A stretch of 48,688 bases of DNA. Source: Chloroflexota bacterium (lineage in GTDB: Bacteria > Chloroflexota > Anaerolineae > Anaerolineales > UBA4823). Where the stretch lies: NCBI GenBank assembly GCA_037444705.1, contig JBBILY010000004.1, positions 1-48,688 on the forward strand, in the 5' to 3' direction. How positions within the stretch are numbered: position 1 is the stretch's first letter; every line of letters starts with the position of its first letter. Shown piece after piece: positions 26,865-37,124 of this stretch. The position numbers were made by a program, and so were the translations under genes. Below the pieces are notes generated by a model. It was not told where the DNA came from and searched no databases. It was given only the letters and a program-made list of their open reading frames with translations.

Positions 26865-27682
26865 GCCACCAACCCCCCGATAACTACTCATTTGTGCCAG
26901 ATGAGGGTGAAACCTCTCACCAGAGTCCACCTCCGAATGTAGTCCCGCCGCAATGGGTGGCGGTTCAAGCCCCTTCGAGAAGGCCCTGGGTAACTTACAC
27001 GCTGCTTGGGGTGACGCTATTCGTCTTCGGGTTACAATTGCTGAGCAAATTCCTGTTCCACGGCATGGATTTCCCTGCAGCGCTGATGTTGAAGGATAAT
27101 GCTGCCATCCTGCAAGGGGAACTCTGGCGCTTGATTACCCCGGCTTTCCTCCATTCCACCACTTCTATCCTGCATATTGGTTTCAACATGTATGCCTTGT
27201 ACATCCTTGGCCCAGGCCTGGAGCGCCACTTCGGGCATGGACGCTTCTTGGCCCTTTACTTGCTGAGTGGATTTAGCGGGAACGTAATCTCTTTCATCTT
27301 TTCGCCGGAATACTCTCTAGGATCTTCTACGGCGATCTTTGGCTTGATCGGGGCTCAAGGAGTTTTCTTATATCGCCACCGGGAACTGTTTGGCAGGAGT
27401 GCGCAACGGGCTTTGGTGAACATCATTTCCGTGGCGGTGATTAACCTTATCATTGGCCTTTCACCGGGCATTGACAATTGGGGACATGTGGGCGGCTTGA
27501 TCGGGGGCACGCTTTTCTCCTGGTTTGGTGGGCCGCTCCTGCATGTGGAGGGAGTATTCCCGACATTAAGATTAAGTGACCAACGGGAAGGTGCCAGCGT
27601 CTTTACAGCGGGGGTGATGGTGGCCCTGTTGTTTGCGGCGTTGGTGGCTCTCAGATTCTATCTAGGAGGTAGATTGCCTTGA
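26861..27682 (+). CDS. Rhomboid-family intramembrane serine protease
   Basis: [20 protein letters not shown], catalytic [12 protein letters not shown] and the downstream HVGGLIGG. The GTG start overlaps the gmk stop (GTGA). Confidence 0.87.
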   Translation: MSHQPPDNYSFVPDEGETSHQSPPPNVVPPQWVAVQAPSRRPWVTYTLLGVTLFVFGLQLLSKFLFHGMDFPAALMLKDNAAILQGELWRLITPAFLHSTTSILHIGFNMYALYILGPGLERHFGHGRFLALYLLSGFSGNVISFIFSPEYSLGSSTAIFGLIGAQGVFLYRHRELFGRSAQRALVNIISVAVINLIIGLSPGIDNWGHVGGLIGGTLFSWFGGPLLHVEGVFPTLRLSDQREGASVFTAGVMVALLFAALVALRFYLGGRLP

Positions 27683-28692
27683 TGCGCATCCTGGTTACGG
27701 GTGGTGCGGGCTACATCGGTAGCCATACGTGTGTTGAGTTGCTTCAGGCAGGTTATCAGGTGGTGGTGGTAGATAACCTGTCCAACAGCAAGGCCGAATC
27801 GCTCAATCGTGTGCAAGAGTTGAGCGGCAAGCGCCTAGAATTTCATCAGGTGGACATACTTGACGAGGCGGCGCTGGAAGCCGTTTTTCAGGCCAGGGCG
27901 GTGGACGCGGTGATCCACTTCGCTGGCCTGAAGGCTGTGGGCGAGTCGGTGGCGGTGCCACTGCGGTATTACCATAACAATGTGAGCGGCACCCTGGTGC
28001 TCTTGAAGGTAATGAATGCCTTCGGTGTACGTCATCTGGTGTTTAGTTCATCTGCCACCGTCTATGGCGATCCCCATCGGGTTCCGATCACCGAAGATTT
28101 TCCCCTCTCAGCCACCAACCCTTATGGGCGCTCGAAATTGATGATCGAGGACATTTTGCGCGACCTTTACCAGGCTGATCGCTCCTGGAACATTGCCTTG
28201 CTGCGCTACTTTAATCCTGTGGGCGCTCACCCCAGTGGGAGAATCGGCGAAGATCCTAATGGCATCCCCAATAACCTCATGCCCTATATCGCTCAGGTGG
28301 CGGTGGGCAAGTTGCCCCACCTGCGTGTATTTGGCAATGATTACCCCACGCTCGACGGCACGGGGGTGCGAGATTATATCCACGTGGTAGATCTGGCGCT
28401 GGGGCACCTCAAAGCCCTGGAGAGATTGAATACAAATCCTGGCCTGGTCACCTATAATCTGGGCACTGGCAGGGGGTATAGCGTCCTGGAGGTGGTGGCG
28501 GCCTTTGAGCGAGCCAGCGGCAGGAAAATCCCTTATCAGATCGTTGAGCGTCGTCCGGGAGATGTGGCTGTTACCTATGCCGATCCATCCAGGGCCAATC
28601 GCGAGTTAAATTGGGCGGCTGAGCGCGGCCTGGACGAGATGTGCGCCGATACCTGGCGCTGGCAATCTGCCAACCCTAATGGCTATGAATGA
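27682..28692 (+). CDS. galE: UDP-glucose 4-epimerase
   Basis: [15 protein letters not shown] Rossmann motif, SSSATVYG, catalytic YGRSK (YxxxK), and [15 protein letters not shown]. Confidence 0.93.
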   Translation: MRILVTGGAGYIGSHTCVELLQAGYQVVVVDNLSNSKAESLNRVQELSGKRLEFHQVDILDEAALEAVFQARAVDAVIHFAGLKAVGESVAVPLRYYHNNVSGTLVLLKVMNAFGVRHLVFSSSATVYGDPHRVPITEDFPLSATNPYGRSKLMIEDILRDLYQADRSWNIALLRYFNPVGAHPSGRIGEDPNGIPNNLMPYIAQVAVGKLPHLRVFGNDYPTLDGTGVRDYIHVVDLALGHLKALERLNTNPGLVTYNLGTGRGYSVLEVVAAFERASGRKIPYQIVERRPGDVAVTYADPSRANRELNWAAERGLDEMCADTWRWQSANPNGYE

Positions 28693-28731
28693 GGTGCTCC
28701 AGTCTGGGTGTGGGCTATCAGACCTGAAATC

Positions 28732-29505
28732 TTATCGAATAAACAATGGTGGGCGCTTTTCCAGGAAGGCGCTCACCCCTTCTTTGTGTTCTGGGCTGCG
28801 TCCGGCAATATCTTGCAAGTTGGCTTCGTAATCCAACACCTGCTCCAGGTGGGGTAATAAGGCGCGGTTGAAGGCGCGTTTTGTCAGTCCGTAAGCGTAG
28901 AGTGGACCTTGTGCCAGGCTGCTGGCCCATTCAAAGGCCTGCTCCTGGAGTTCAGCGGCTGGCACCACACGGTTGACCAGACCAAGCGCCAAGGCCTGCT
29001 CAGCAGAGATGGGTGTGTTCATAAAGGCGTGTTCGGTGGCGCGCCCCAGGCCGATGAGCAAGGGCAGAAAGAGCGAGACCGCCGAGTCGGTGGTTAGCCC
29101 AATCCCCAGAAAGCCAACCACAAAGCGGGCGCTATCGGCGGCGATGCGCAGATCGCAGGCCAGAGCAATTCCCAGGGCTGCTCCTGAAACCGCTCCATTG
29201 ATGGCAGCCAGCACAGGTTTTTCTAGTTGGCGGATTTGCAACACCAGTGGGTTATATGTATGCTGTAGATGATGGCGAAAAGAGGCGTCTTCGGCCTGCT
29301 TTATTTCGGTGATGTCCTGCCCCGCGCTGAAGACATTGCCGCTAGCGGTAAGCAAGACACACCTCACCTCAGGCTGGCGCTGTGCCTGCTTGAAAGCTGC
29401 CTGAGTGGCCTTGATCATTTCTAAGTTGAAGGCGTTAACCTTAGGGCGGTTGAGGGTGATGATGAGCACATGGTCTTTAATTTCAGTGAGTAGAGTCTCG
29501 GTCAT
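28732..29505 (-). CDS. Enoyl-CoA hydratase/isomerase (crotonase) family protein
   Basis: ITLNRPKVNAF, FSAGQDI, AAINGAVSGAALGIALACDLRIA (oxyanion-hole region). Confidence 0.88.
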   Translation of the reverse strand: MTETLLTEIKDHVLIITLNRPKVNAFNLEMIKATQAAFKQAQRQPEVRCVLLTASGNVFSAGQDITEIKQAEDASFRHHLQHTYNPLVLQIRQLEKPVLAAINGAVSGAALGIALACDLRIAADSARFVVGFLGIGLTTDSAVSLFLPLLIGLGRATEHAFMNTPISAEQALALGLVNRVVPAAELQEQAFEWASSLAQGPLYAYGLTKRAFNRALLPHLEQVLDYEANLQDIAGRSPEHKEGVSAFLEKRPPLFIR

Positions 29506-29640
29506 AGCACCTCCCTCAGGGTTACTTAGGATGGGGGAGAGATTTTACCTGGCTTATCTCCCCTGGGATATGGCTTCATTCAGATTGGCGCTCTGCCCGT
29601 ATGGCAGGGCTTGAATGCGGGGTGAGCATTGAAAATGAAA

Positions 29641-29672
29641 ATAAAGGGGGGCGGTGTCACCACCGCCCCTGG
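29641..29672 (-). terminator. Candidate intrinsic terminator downstream of the 29682..30065 gene
   Basis: On the minus strand GGGGCGGTG-gtga-CACCGCCCC forms a 9-bp stem followed by CCTTTATTTT. Confidence 0.55.
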
Positions 29673-29681
29673 GCGTTTATT

Positions 29682-30065
29682 TCAGGGCAGGTCAGGATAA
29701 TCCAAATCGCTCTCGTGATCGTCGCCTTCCTCGTCCTCGTATCCCAATTGCACCTCCACCTCTTCGTCTATCAATCGCACCCACAAGATGAGTAAATGCC
29801 CTTCCTCAAGTTCAATGTAGCGGGCGGCGACGATGGGCGTCTGATGCTCGAGGCCTTCGGGCGTGCGATATTCCAGATAAATGCTCTGGTGGTTATGCCA
29901 GGCGCGATGACAACGCTCAACCAGGGCTGGCCCATTGAAAGTTCGCAGGCGAGTGGCGGCGATTTGACCGAGACGCGGGCCTTCGTTTAATCCGGTGACC
30001 CATTCGTCGCTAACCGCTTCGAAGGTTGGCGGAGGCCCTTCGATTATCGTAATTTTCTCGTCCAT
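29682..30065 (-). CDS. Hypothetical protein with acidic C-terminus
   Basis: Start taken at ATG 30065 (MDEKITIIEGPPPTF) with GGAGG 7 nt upstream. The track ORF extends to 30092. No family recognised. Confidence 0.55.
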   Translation of the reverse strand: MDEKITIIEGPPPTFEAVSDEWVTGLNEGPRLGQIAATRLRTFNGPALVERCHRAWHNHQSIYLEYRTPEGLEHQTPIVAARYIELEEGHLLILWVRLIDEEVEVQLGYEDEEGDDHESDLDYPDLP

Positions 30066-30263
30066 AGACATGCCTCCAGTGGCGTGAATCATACCACGAA
30101 ATCAGGCAGCCCTGGTAAAGTTTTTGAGATGCAATTTTATATACAGGATGCAATTTGGGAATACTTTCTTTTCCCAAGAGTTTCCAAACGCACCCCAGGT
30201 AATCCTGATGAACAAAGGCCAAGGCAGCATTGAACAGGAGTATAATCTGCGGGAGGTTGAGCC

Positions 30264-30635
30264 ATGCATAAACTGGTGATTTTGATTGAATCGCCCGAGG
30301 ACTGGAATGCCTTTGATGAGGCCTGGCCTCGCTTCCTGCACCTGGTGGAAAGCGTGCCCGGTTTGCGGCGAGAGACCACCAGCCGCGTGGAAGTTGCGTT
30401 GTATGGGAACAAAGCCCTTGCGTTGATGCATGAGTTGTACTTCGATTCGCTTGAGGCCGCCCAGACAGCCCTGGCTACCCCAAATGGACGGGAGGCGGGA
30501 AAACTGCTCCAGGAGATCACGCGCGGCCGCATGACGCTATTTTTGCTGATCATAAGGAGGACGACCTGGAGAATATCCGCAAGTTTCGCCCAGGCAGCAC
30601 CTCTCCGCCGCCCTGAGCACCTTCGTCGCGGATGA
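30264..30635 (+). CDS. EthD/Dabb-like (ferredoxin-fold) small protein; C-terminus questionable
   Basis: MHKLVILIESPEDWNAFDEAWPRFLHLVESVPGLRRE...HELYFDSLEAAQTALATPNGREAGK fits the roughly 100-aa EthD-type pattern. GGGAGG lies 7 nt upstream of the ATG. The last 30 or so residues are Arg-rich and look out of frame (see findings). Confidence 0.55.
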   Translation: MHKLVILIESPEDWNAFDEAWPRFLHLVESVPGLRRETTSRVEVALYGNKALALMHELYFDSLEAAQTALATPNGREAGKLLQEITRGRMTLFLLIIRRTTWRISASFAQAAPLRRPEHLRRG

Positions 30636-30745
30636 TGTTTCACAGGATTTTCTGAAGCGCTGCCAGTTATGGCAGATCGAGGCTGGATTTGGCAATCCAA
30701 CCCGAATGAGATGAATAAAACAACAGCATTTACTTGTGGAAGTGG

Positions 30746-31504
30746 ATGATGAGTGAATTTCAGGATAAAGTCGTACTTGTGACCGGCGCCGGTCGTGGTA
30801 TTGGCCGCGCCATCGCTGAGGCTTTTGCCGCTCGGGGTGCCTGTGTGGCTGCCAACGATCTCACCCCGGTGAATTTAGATGTGACCCTGCAACGCATTGC
30901 CGCTATGGGCGGGCGTGGCAAGGGCTATGTCTTTGACGTGGCCTTGAAAATGCCGGTACAGGCGATGATTGAGCAGGTGCGCGATGATTGGGGGCGGATT
31001 GATATTCTCATCAACAACGCCGGGGTCGAACCCCATGCTACGATCCTGGAGATGGACGAATGGGACTGGCGCCGCACCCTTGATGTGAATCTGAGCGGGC
31101 CTTTCTTCCTGATGCAGTCGGTGGGTCGGGTGATGCGCGATCAGGGCGGTGGGGTCATGGTGAATATCGCCTCTATCGCCGGGCGCGCTCACGGTCTAAA
31201 GGATCGGGCAGCCTACGTTGCCAGCAAGATGGGTTTAATTGGCTTGACGCGCGAGGCAGCGCGTGAATTTGCCGCGTATAACATCCGTGTCAATGCCGTT
31301 TGTCCCGGTGTGATCGAAACCGAGATGACCGCCGCCTTGCGCCAGAATGAAACCATGTTGCGCAAGTGGCTGGAGGATATTCCCCAGGGGCGTCTAGGGC
31401 GACCAGAGGACGTGGTCGGGCTGGTGCTCTTCTTATGCAGCGCAGCCGCGGCCTATCTCACCGGGCAGGCGATCAACGTAGATGGGGGAAAGGTAATGTG
31501 CTAG
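30746..31504 (+). CDS. SDR-family oxidoreductase (FabG-like)
   Basis: VVLVTGAGRGIGRAIA (TGxxxGxG), NNAG, catalytic S...YVASK (YxxxK), and PGVIETEM. Confidence 0.9.
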   Translation: MMSEFQDKVVLVTGAGRGIGRAIAEAFAARGACVAANDLTPVNLDVTLQRIAAMGGRGKGYVFDVALKMPVQAMIEQVRDDWGRIDILINNAGVEPHATILEMDEWDWRRTLDVNLSGPFFLMQSVGRVMRDQGGGVMVNIASIAGRAHGLKDRAAYVASKMGLIGLTREAAREFAAYNIRVNAVCPGVIETEMTAALRQNETMLRKWLEDIPQGRLGRPEDVVGLVLFLCSAAAAYLTGQAINVDGGKVMC

Positions 31505-31548
31505 AATTGCCCGCTGGGGCGTCAATTTTATCTTGATGGTTTGAATTT

Positions 31549-32799
31549 ATGACATTGCGCATACCTCCCGCACTTCAACATCGTCGTTTTCGTCTGTTGT
31601 GGTTAGGGCTGATGATCTCCGTCACCGGCACCCAGATGCAAATCTGGGCGCTTTTCTGGCACATTCGCAGCCTGACCGATCAGCCCATCGCCCTGGGCGG
31701 GGTTGGCCTGGCACGTATCCTGCCGGTTGTCATCTTTTCGCTGGTGGGTGGGGCGGTGGCCGATGTGGCCAATCGCCGGCGCGTGATGCTGATCACCCAG
31801 AGCGCCGCCATGTTTATTGCCTTGATTCTATCGGGGTTGAGTTTCAGCGGGCACATCACCCTGTGGCAGATCTATTTGCTCACTGCTATTCAGGCAGTGG
31901 TTGTCTCTTTTGACCTGCCAGCCCGTCAGGCGCTGGTGCCGAACCTGGTGCCAGAGCGCGATCTGCCCAGCGCTTTTAGCCTTAATTCCATCGCTTTTCA
32001 AACGGGGGCTATTGTAGGGCCAGCCCTCAGCGGCCTGGTAATTGCTTATTGGGGGCAGCCGTATACTTATCTCATCAACGGTATCTCTTATCTGGCAGTG
32101 ATTCTGGCCCTGCTCTGGATGGGGCCAGTACATCAGCAAACCCCTGCGGGGCACAAGGCTACCATTGACCTGGCGGCCATCCGCGAAGGGGTGAGGTTTA
32201 TTGTTAGCCAGCCCATTATTCTCTCCAGCATGATTTTGGACTTCTTTGCTACCTTTTTCTCATCGGCTAACACCCTTATGCCCATTGTGGCGCGCGATGT
32301 CTTGCATGTAGGGGCGCTGGAATATGGCTGGCTCTCAGCCGCCCAGTCAATTGGCGCGGTCTTGGCGGCGATGGTCATCTCCCAGTTGAATGAGATTCGG
32401 CGCCAGGGCCCGATTTTGTTGGGCTCAGTGATCATCTTTGGCGCGGCCACCATCGCCTTTGGCGCAGCGCATACCTTCGCTCTGGCTATGTTGGCCTTGA
32501 TGGCAGTGGGCGCCGCCGATTCCATAAGCACCATCATTCGCAATACCATCCGTCAGTTGCATACACCTGATTATCTACGTGGACGCATGACCAGCATCAA
32601 CCAAATCTTCTTTATGGGTGGACCCCAGTTAGGTGAGGTGGAAGCCGGGCTGGCTGCCCAGTTTTTCGGCGCACCTTTTGCCATTATCAGCGGTGGGTTG
32701 GGGTGTATTCTGGTGACTATCTTGATCGCTCGCCGCTGGCCTCAACTGCTTCGTTATAACGGCGATGAACCTATTCGCGCCGGCGCAACCGCCGATTAG
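31549..32799 (+). CDS. MFS transporter
   Basis: A 416-aa polytopic membrane protein. The N-terminus (FRLLWLGLMISVTGTQMQ, GGAVADVANRRRVM) is typical of EntS/MFS_3-type exporters. Confidence 0.85.
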   Translation: MTLRIPPALQHRRFRLLWLGLMISVTGTQMQIWALFWHIRSLTDQPIALGGVGLARILPVVIFSLVGGAVADVANRRRVMLITQSAAMFIALILSGLSFSGHITLWQIYLLTAIQAVVVSFDLPARQALVPNLVPERDLPSAFSLNSIAFQTGAIVGPALSGLVIAYWGQPYTYLINGISYLAVILALLWMGPVHQQTPAGHKATIDLAAIREGVRFIVSQPIILSSMILDFFATFFSSANTLMPIVARDVLHVGALEYGWLSAAQSIGAVLAAMVISQLNEIRRQGPILLGSVIIFGAATIAFGAAHTFALAMLALMAVGAADSISTIIRNTIRQLHTPDYLRGRMTSINQIFFMGGPQLGEVEAGLAAQFFGAPFAIISGGLGCILVTILIARRWPQLLRYNGDEPIRAGATAD

Positions 32800-34829
32800 G
32801 TCTGCGAACTCAGGGATTGCTGGAGTTTTTCCCATTCTTCTAGCAGGGTTTCCATGCGGCGTTGCACCTGGACGTATTCATGACCCAGATAACGCACTTT
32901 TTCCACTTCAGAGGGCGGGTTTTCCAGTTGGCTGGAGATTTGACTTAAGCGCTCTTCTAATCGGGTAATCTCCTCTTCCACTTCTTTCAGACGGGCGCGA
33001 TGACGTTTCTCCTCGGAGGTGGCCGGTATAGGTCGCAACCTATGGATGGGCATGGCTTGTCTTTCCGAGGCATCGGGCATGGCTTTTTCCATCTCTTTTT
33101 GTAAGCGATATTGACTGTAACTGCCTTCAAAGACACGTAAGGCGGCTTCGTCCGCTTCGATTTCCCAAATTTGGGTTGCCAACGCATCTATGAGGTAGCG
33201 ATCGTGGGAGACCAGTAAGATTGTGCCCTGATATTCTGCCAGCACCTCTTGCAAAATCTCCTGGGATGGAATGTCCAGATGGTTGGAAGGTTCGTCCAGC
33301 AGGAGCAGGTTAGCGTCAGAAAGAGCAAGTTTGGCCAGAGCCAGGCGGCCGCGCTCTCCACCAGAAAGGGTGGAGACCTTTTTAAAGACCTCCTCACCGC
33401 TGAACTGATAGCGTGCCAGATAATCTCGGATTTCGGCCGGCAGCATCTGTGGGGCGATGGATTGGATCTCTTCCATTAGGGTGTGTTCGGGGTTCAGGCC
33501 TTCATGGGCCTGGGCGAAGTAAGCAATGTTCAAACTGGCGCCAAGGACGACCTCACCTGCCAGAGGGGGGATGATCCCTAGAAGGGTCTTCAGAAAAGTG
33601 GTCTTGCCAGCCCCATTAGGCCCAATTAAGGCAGCACATTCGCCTCGCTTAAGCACCAGATCCGGCACGTGGAAGAGCGGTTTTCCATTTTCGGGATAAC
33701 CGATAGCCACACCATAAGTGCGCAATACCAGATCGCCGGAACGTTTCCCCGCTTTCAGGTTCAGGCGTGGGGGTAGATAGCGCTGCCTTGGTTCTCTCAA
33801 GGCACGTAGACGGCGTTCGGCCTCTTCAACGCTCATCGAGTGCGCTGAGAGATCGGCCTCATGGCTGACTTCGGCCCAGTTCTTGCTCAACGCCGCCTCG
33901 ATGCCCAGGCTTTCGATTGCCTCGATCTGACGGCTCAGGCGGCGTAATTTACCCTTGGCTTGCAGTGAACGTTGCCCAGAGATATTGCGCTTGATGTAAT
34001 CCAGTTCTTTTAGCAGGCGTTCTTTTTCAGCCTGGAAGAGTTGGCGGCGCTGTTCCCAGCGTTGTTGCCTTTGTTCCACGTAGGCGCTGTAGTTACCACG
34101 ATATACCTCGATCCCACTGGGGCCCATTTCCCAGATATGGTCCACCACACGGTCGAGGAAATAGCGATCGTGAGAGACCATCAACACCGCCCCCTCCCAT
34201 TGGCTCAGATAGCCCTCCAGCCATTCTACGGCTGCCAGGTCCAGGTGGTTGGTAGGCTCGTCTAATACCAGCAAATCGGGGTCAGAGAGCAGCAGGCGCG
34301 CCAGTGCCGCTCGCGTGCGCTGCCCACCGGAAAGATGGCCTATGGGGCGATGGAAGTCCTCCGCATTGAACCCCAATCCACTCAAGGTCTGACGGATGCG
34401 GGTTTCGTAAAGATAGCCGCCGCGGCGCTCGAATTCCGCCTGCAGAGGCCCATAGCGTTCCAGCGCTTCTTGGCTGTGAGCGGGATCGCTCATCTGGGCT
34501 TCCAACTGCGCCAGTTCGGATTCCATGGAGCGCAAGTCAACCATCGCGCTCAGGCATTCTTCCCATAAGGTATGCGTCCCTGTTAAAATGGCTTCCTGGG
34601 GCAGGTAGCCCAGGCGCAAGTTGCGCGCCCGGCTCACCGTGCCCGCAGATGGCTCCTCCAATCCGATCAATACGCGCAACAGGGTGGTTTTGCCCACCCC
34701 GTTAGGTCCCACGATGGCAATACGTGCCCCACGTGGCACGCTTAGAGAGATGTTGGAGAAAATATCTTTAGGCCCGTAAGATTTAGCCAGGTTCGTGGCA
34801 GAGATCAGGGACATATCTTCTGCGGTCAT
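32796..34829 (-). CDS. ABC-F family ATPase (two ABC domains, no TM domain, C-terminal coiled coil)
   Basis: Two Walker A motifs (GPNGVGKTTLL and GPNGAGKTTFL), two signature motifs (LSGGQRTR and LSGGERGR), an inter-domain linker and a charged helical tail. Alternative start at 34814. Confidence 0.9.
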   Translation of the reverse strand: MTAEDMSLISATNLAKSYGPKDIFSNISLSVPRGARIAIVGPNGVGKTTLLRVLIGLEEPSAGTVSRARNLRLGYLPQEAILTGTHTLWEECLSAMVDLRSMESELAQLEAQMSDPAHSQEALERYGPLQAEFERRGGYLYETRIRQTLSGLGFNAEDFHRPIGHLSGGQRTRAALARLLLSDPDLLVLDEPTNHLDLAAVEWLEGYLSQWEGAVLMVSHDRYFLDRVVDHIWEMGPSGIEVYRGNYSAYVEQRQQRWEQRRQLFQAEKERLLKELDYIKRNISGQRSLQAKGKLRRLSRQIEAIESLGIEAALSKNWAEVSHEADLSAHSMSVEEAERRLRALREPRQRYLPPRLNLKAGKRSGDLVLRTYGVAIGYPENGKPLFHVPDLVLKRGECAALIGPNGAGKTTFLKTLLGIIPPLAGEVVLGASLNIAYFAQAHEGLNPEHTLMEEIQSIAPQMLPAEIRDYLARYQFSGEEVFKKVSTLSGGERGRLALAKLALSDANLLLLDEPSNHLDIPSQEILQEVLAEYQGTILLVSHDRYLIDALATQIWEIEADEAALRVFEGSYSQYRLQKEMEKAMPDASERQAMPIHRLRPIPATSEEKRHRARLKEVEEEITRLEERLSQISSQLENPPSEVEKVRYLGHEYVQVQRRMETLLEEWEKLQQSLSSQT

Positions 34830-34976
34830 TATACCGTGTTATAATCGCAGCCGTTAAGCCAATGGCTGTGCGGTAAAAAGACCATCAAGTGATCTATCGG
34901 GCATGAAAAGGTCTTTTTACAAAAAATCACTGGAAGCAGCACAGGATATGGATCCTGTTCTGAAATAAAGACTTCT

Positions 34977-36386
34977 ATGGAACCAAAACGAACTTCTTTA
35001 CTTTCTATGCAACGCTTGCTGTTGGTCATGGCGGTGGCTTTTCTGATTGCTGCCGGACTAATAGCCTATTTGACCTTTGTCGCCATCAGGGATTTTGTGA
35101 CTTCCTGGGAACTCACTTCGCTTCCAGGAATCACCATCCGCCAGGGTGAAAGTCCCTCCTCGGGAGGTGGGGCAGTGAGCGATTTGCACACCCCGCTGCA
35201 ACCCGTGGGAGGCCCTACGCCTCAGCCCTGGGATGGCGCCAGTCGGGTCTCGGTGTTGATCATGGGGCTGGATTATCGCGATTGGCTGACGGGTGAAGGC
35301 GCGCCTCGCACCGATACCATGATTTTATTAACCCTTGACCCTCTGGCGCGCACCGCTGGCATTCTCTCCATCCCGCGCGACTTGTGGGTGAACATCCCTG
35401 GTTTTCAGTATGGGCGCATCAACACTGCCTACAGTCTGGGTGAGGCCTACAAATATCCCGATGGAGGCGGCCCAGGTCTGGCTATGGCCACAGTGGAAGA
35501 GTTATTGGGGGTGCCCATTGATTACTACGCCCTGATAGATTTCAACGCCTTTATCCGCTTCATTGACGAGATTGGCGGGATTAAGGTCAACATCCAGGAA
35601 CCCATCGTGGTTGACCCGTTGGGAGATAACAATACCAAGAAACTGAAGCCCGGCGTGCAGGTTCTTCCAGGTGATCTGGCTCTGGCTTACGCCCGCACGC
35701 GCAAGACCGAGGGTGGTGATTTTGACCGCGCCCAGCGCCAACAACAGGTAATCATGGCCATTCGCGACCGCGTCCTCAGCCTGAACATGCTCCCCACCTT
35801 GATCAGTAAGGCCCCTATCTTGTATCAAGAACTTTCTTCGGGGGTGCGTACTAATCTGACCCTGGAGCAGGCCATCAAATTGGCCTGGTTGGCACAACAA
35901 ATTCCCGACGATAAAATCAAGCGCGGCGTCATTGGTCCGCCGGAACAGGTGCTTTTGGTCAAATCTCCCCAAGGGGATGATGTGCTCAAACCCATCACGG
36001 ATAAAATCCGCCTCCTGCGGGATGAGATCTTTTTCGATCAGCAATACCTCAGCCCTGCCGCTGCCAGCATGTCCCCCATTGACCTGGTGAAAGCCGAGGC
36101 TCCAAGGGTAACAGTCCTTAATGGTACCACTACGCCGGGGTTGGCAGCGCGGACGATGGAATATCTACAATCGCAAGGCATCCCGGCTACAGCGGGCAAC
36201 GCCGATCAACTGTATACGAATACCACCCTTTACGATTACACTGGCAAAGTCTATACCCTGAAGTACCTGATGGACTTGATGAAAATCTCCCCCGAACGCC
36301 TTTTCAGCCGCTACGATCCCACCAGCCAGGTGGATGTAGTGGTGATCCTGGGGGCAGACTGGGCGAATAATAATCCCATGCCCTAG
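34977..36386 (+). CDS. LCP (LytR-CpsA-Psr) family cell-envelope phosphotransferase with a LytR_C-like C-terminal domain
   Basis: N-terminal TM helix, then RTDTMILLTLDP...ILSIPRDLWVNIPG...NTAY, then ALAYARTRK..GDFDRAQRQQQVI. Confidence 0.88.
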   Translation: MEPKRTSLLSMQRLLLVMAVAFLIAAGLIAYLTFVAIRDFVTSWELTSLPGITIRQGESPSSGGGAVSDLHTPLQPVGGPTPQPWDGASRVSVLIMGLDYRDWLTGEGAPRTDTMILLTLDPLARTAGILSIPRDLWVNIPGFQYGRINTAYSLGEAYKYPDGGGPGLAMATVEELLGVPIDYYALIDFNAFIRFIDEIGGIKVNIQEPIVVDPLGDNNTKKLKPGVQVLPGDLALAYARTRKTEGGDFDRAQRQQQVIMAIRDRVLSLNMLPTLISKAPILYQELSSGVRTNLTLEQAIKLAWLAQQIPDDKIKRGVIGPPEQVLLVKSPQGDDVLKPITDKIRLLRDEIFFDQQYLSPAAASMSPIDLVKAEAPRVTVLNGTTTPGLAARTMEYLQSQGIPATAGNADQLYTNTTLYDYTGKVYTLKYLMDLMKISPERLFSRYDPTSQVDVVVILGADWANNNPMP

Positions 36387-36416
36387 GTCACTGATTTTGA
36401 CTTCCGAATAAACGCT

Positions 36417-36444
36417 GAGGGTGGCCTGATTCCTGGCCACCCTC
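36417..36444. terminator. Hairpin between convergent LCP and pcm genes
   Basis: GAGGGTGGCC-tgattcct-GGCCACCCTC forms a 10-bp stem. There is no strong U-tract on either strand. Confidence 0.4.
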
Positions 36445-36445
36445 A

Positions 36446-37123
36446 TTAATAGGTCTCTCTGTTATCATTTTCCCAACCATAGCGGCCACGCAGGGGGACA
36501 AAGGCTACCGGCGCCAGTATTTCCTGGTCGAACCTGGAGCCGCGGCGGCGCCAACGCTCCAGAAACTGGCTCATCTTCCCCCCCACCGGTATTACCAGGC
36601 GTCCTCCATCAGCAAGTTGGTCCAGCAGGGTCTGCGGCACCTGGGGCGCTGCGGCGGTGACGATGATCGCCTGAAAAGGGGCATACTCCGGCAGGCCAAG
36701 AGAACCATCGCCAATGTGCACTTGCACGTTGGTGATCCCCAGGCTTTTCAGCACGCTGGAGGCCTGTTCTGCCAGATCGGGATAGCGCTCAATTGTGTGC
36801 ACCTGACGGGCTAAATGGGCCAGGATGGCTGCTTGATACCCTGAGCCAGTTCCCACCTCTAATACATTCTCGTCACCGCGCAGGCGTAACAGTTGGGTCA
36901 TCAAGGCTACGATATAGGGCTGGGATATGGTTTGTCCGCAGCCAATCGGCAGTGGCCCATCAGTATAGGCCAAGTGGCGGTATTCATGGGGGACGAAGAG
37001 GTGGCGTGGGACAGCGCGCATGGCTCGTAGGACGCGCCGATCGCGAACGTCACGGCTGAGCAATTGCTCTTCCACCATGCGCTGGCGTTCGATTTCGTAA
37101 TAACTCTCTTCGTCCACGCTCAC
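36446..37123 (-). CDS. pcm: Protein-L-isoaspartate O-methyltransferase
   Basis: TISQPYIVALMTQLL, SAM-binding motif VLEVGTGSGYQAAILA, and LLDQLADGGRLVIPVG. Confidence 0.92.
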   Translation of the reverse strand: MSVDEESYYEIERQRMVEEQLLSRDVRDRRVLRAMRAVPRHLFVPHEYRHLAYTDGPLPIGCGQTISQPYIVALMTQLLRLRGDENVLEVGTGSGYQAAILAHLARQVHTIERYPDLAEQASSVLKSLGITNVQVHIGDGSLGLPEYAPFQAIIVTAAAPQVPQTLLDQLADGGRLVIPVGGKMSQFLERWRRRGSRFDQEILAPVAFVPLRGRYGWENDNRETY

Positions 37124-37124
37124 T

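Noticed and set aside
30102-30700. Minus-strand ORFs of 187 aa and 109 aa across the EthD-like gene and its promoter.
   Set aside because: They overlap a plus-strand gene that has a family-like sequence and a good SD. The translations are Arg/Ser/Cys-rich with no recognisable features.
32796-32799. The convergent MFS (+) and ABC-F (-) genes have overlapping stop codons on opposite strands (TTAG).
   Set aside because: It is real in the sequence but is a common consequence of compact genomes. No functional implication can be supported.
33664-33677. A second parS-like sequence, GGCACGTGGAAGAG, inside the ABC-F gene.
   Set aside because: Only the central CACGTG and one half-arm resemble parS. 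The other arm does not match, so it was not counted as a site.
34875-34918. A symmetric hairpin AAAAAGACC-N26-GGTCTTTTT in the divergent ABC-F/LCP promoter region, possibly an attenuator or bidirectional terminator.
   Set aside because: The stem is mostly A-T pairs with only a 4-bp GC-containing core and a 26-nt loop. It sits between two gene starts, where a terminator makes little sense. There is no supporting leader peptide or alternative structure.
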